A DNA stretch of 64,000 bases, taken from positions 5,704,001-5,768,000 of the forward strand of contig NC_090340.1 of assembly GCF_035084215.1 (NCBI RefSeq), in the 5' to 3' direction. The position numbers were made by a program, and so were the translations under genes. Within the stretch, counting starts at the first letter, position 1. Each line of letters starts with the position of its first letter. Source of the DNA: Heptranchias perlo. Its lineage: Eukaryota. Positions 62,920-64,000 of this stretch are shown here, piece by piece. The notes under the pieces were generated by a model, which was not told where the DNA came from, did not search any database, and saw only the letters and a list, made by a program, of their open reading frames with translations.

Positions 62920-63435
62920 ATGGGAGCAACTTTAACTTTAACCGCTGAACGGGAAACTGATAAGGTCGAGTGCAACGGTGGATTTACACACTCCCATTTT
63001 ACTCTCAGTTGATAAAGTCAGTGAGAGTAAGATTGGGCATTGTGAGTAACCAGCATTCTACCCCGTCAAGTAGGTTTCCCACCAGGAGAGTTAGATGAAA
63101 ACTACTCCCAATGTAATGATGGGGCATGGGTGACACAGGCCTAAAACTGGTACCGGCACATGCATGAGTAAGTATTCTCCAGAGATGGTGAGAAGAGTGA
63201 TTTAATTGTGGAAACGAAAATCGGCCTTACCCCAACCCTAATGCAACGTGCGGCTGGTCCATTATCGCTCAAAGTCAAAATGACCCCCAGTCTGTAACTT
63301 GGGGCAATTTTAACCTAACCAGCCTGTCGAGAAACTGACGGGATAGAATGAAGCGTTAGCTTTACACACTGCCGGTTTATAATCTCTATTAAATTCGTTG
63401 TCCCACCGGGTGAATGAGGGGGAAATTGTCCCTTC
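62920..63435. mobile_element. Two related short palindromic (MITE-like) elements, 62921-63110 and 63300-63432
   Basis: Inverted ends tgggagcaactt/aaactactccca and ggggcaattt/aaattgtccc; shared taacc...gaaactga...tttacacact core. Confidence 0.5.
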
Positions 63436-64000
63436 TGCATCAGAAAATACACGGATTTCTGCTTTACTAAACATGTGCCACATAAATAAACAGCCGCCTG
63501 CAGATAGTTAACTTCCTGGCCCAGTTGCTTCAGTTAATGTTCCAAAGGTCATGGTTTATGCTTTTGGTGCATTAATACAAAAATAACTTTCCATTCCTAG
63601 AAATAGCCCACCCGCTTGTGACGCCAGTGCTTTGCCATCCGTACAGGAGAGAGCGGTGGTTACAATCAAAAAACAACATTGCAGTCTGAATGGTTAGTGT
63701 CACCGTCAATCGCTAAAAGACCCTGGTCTATTAAGCGGGCCAACAAGTTCAAAATATCGTGCTGTTCATTTGACTTGAAGGCTAGTTTGCGGCGTGACAC
63801 TTGGTTTCATTTTAGGATCTTGAGGGTGAACATTGGTCTTGGGCGGTAGCGCAAAACGGGCGATGGAGAATCGGACGACTTTCTGTACTCCGCCCGAATT
63901 TCTTTTCAATTGACCTAAATCACTTTGTCCTTAAAGTGCCTCATAAAGTGATTCTGGACATTCTGCGAGTTGTAATCGACTACGTATTTGAGCTCTTCCT

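Overview
Vertebrate genomic DNA, almost certainly a cartilaginous fish (inferred from the dense shark-type CR1 LINEs and Deu-domain SINEs). Much of the window is retroelement debris. (1) A six-exon + strand gene (25833-47672; leader, VJ-type Ig V, Ig C1, TM, two cytoplasmic exons; 353 aa) encodes a SIRP/NKp30-like receptor, probably inhibitory. (2) A convergent paralogue on the - strand contributes three tandemly duplicated ITIM/ITSM cytoplasmic exons (59583-60811); its upstream exons were not found. (3) The most striking feature is a near-intact 3.3 kb single-ORF CR1-group LINE (51902-55240, - strand). It starts with a tRNA-derived A/B-box head, has no TTTT (Pol III terminator) anywhere on its sense strand, and has no in-frame AUG before its endonuclease domain. 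Just upstream of the ORF is an anticodon-loop-like hairpin (CU-AGC-AA) that can pair with an in-frame GCU. Together these suggest a Pol III-transcribed autonomous LINE translated by a dicistrovirus-IGR-IRES-like, AUG-independent mechanism. This is a hypothesis; everything was read by eye and no database search was possible.
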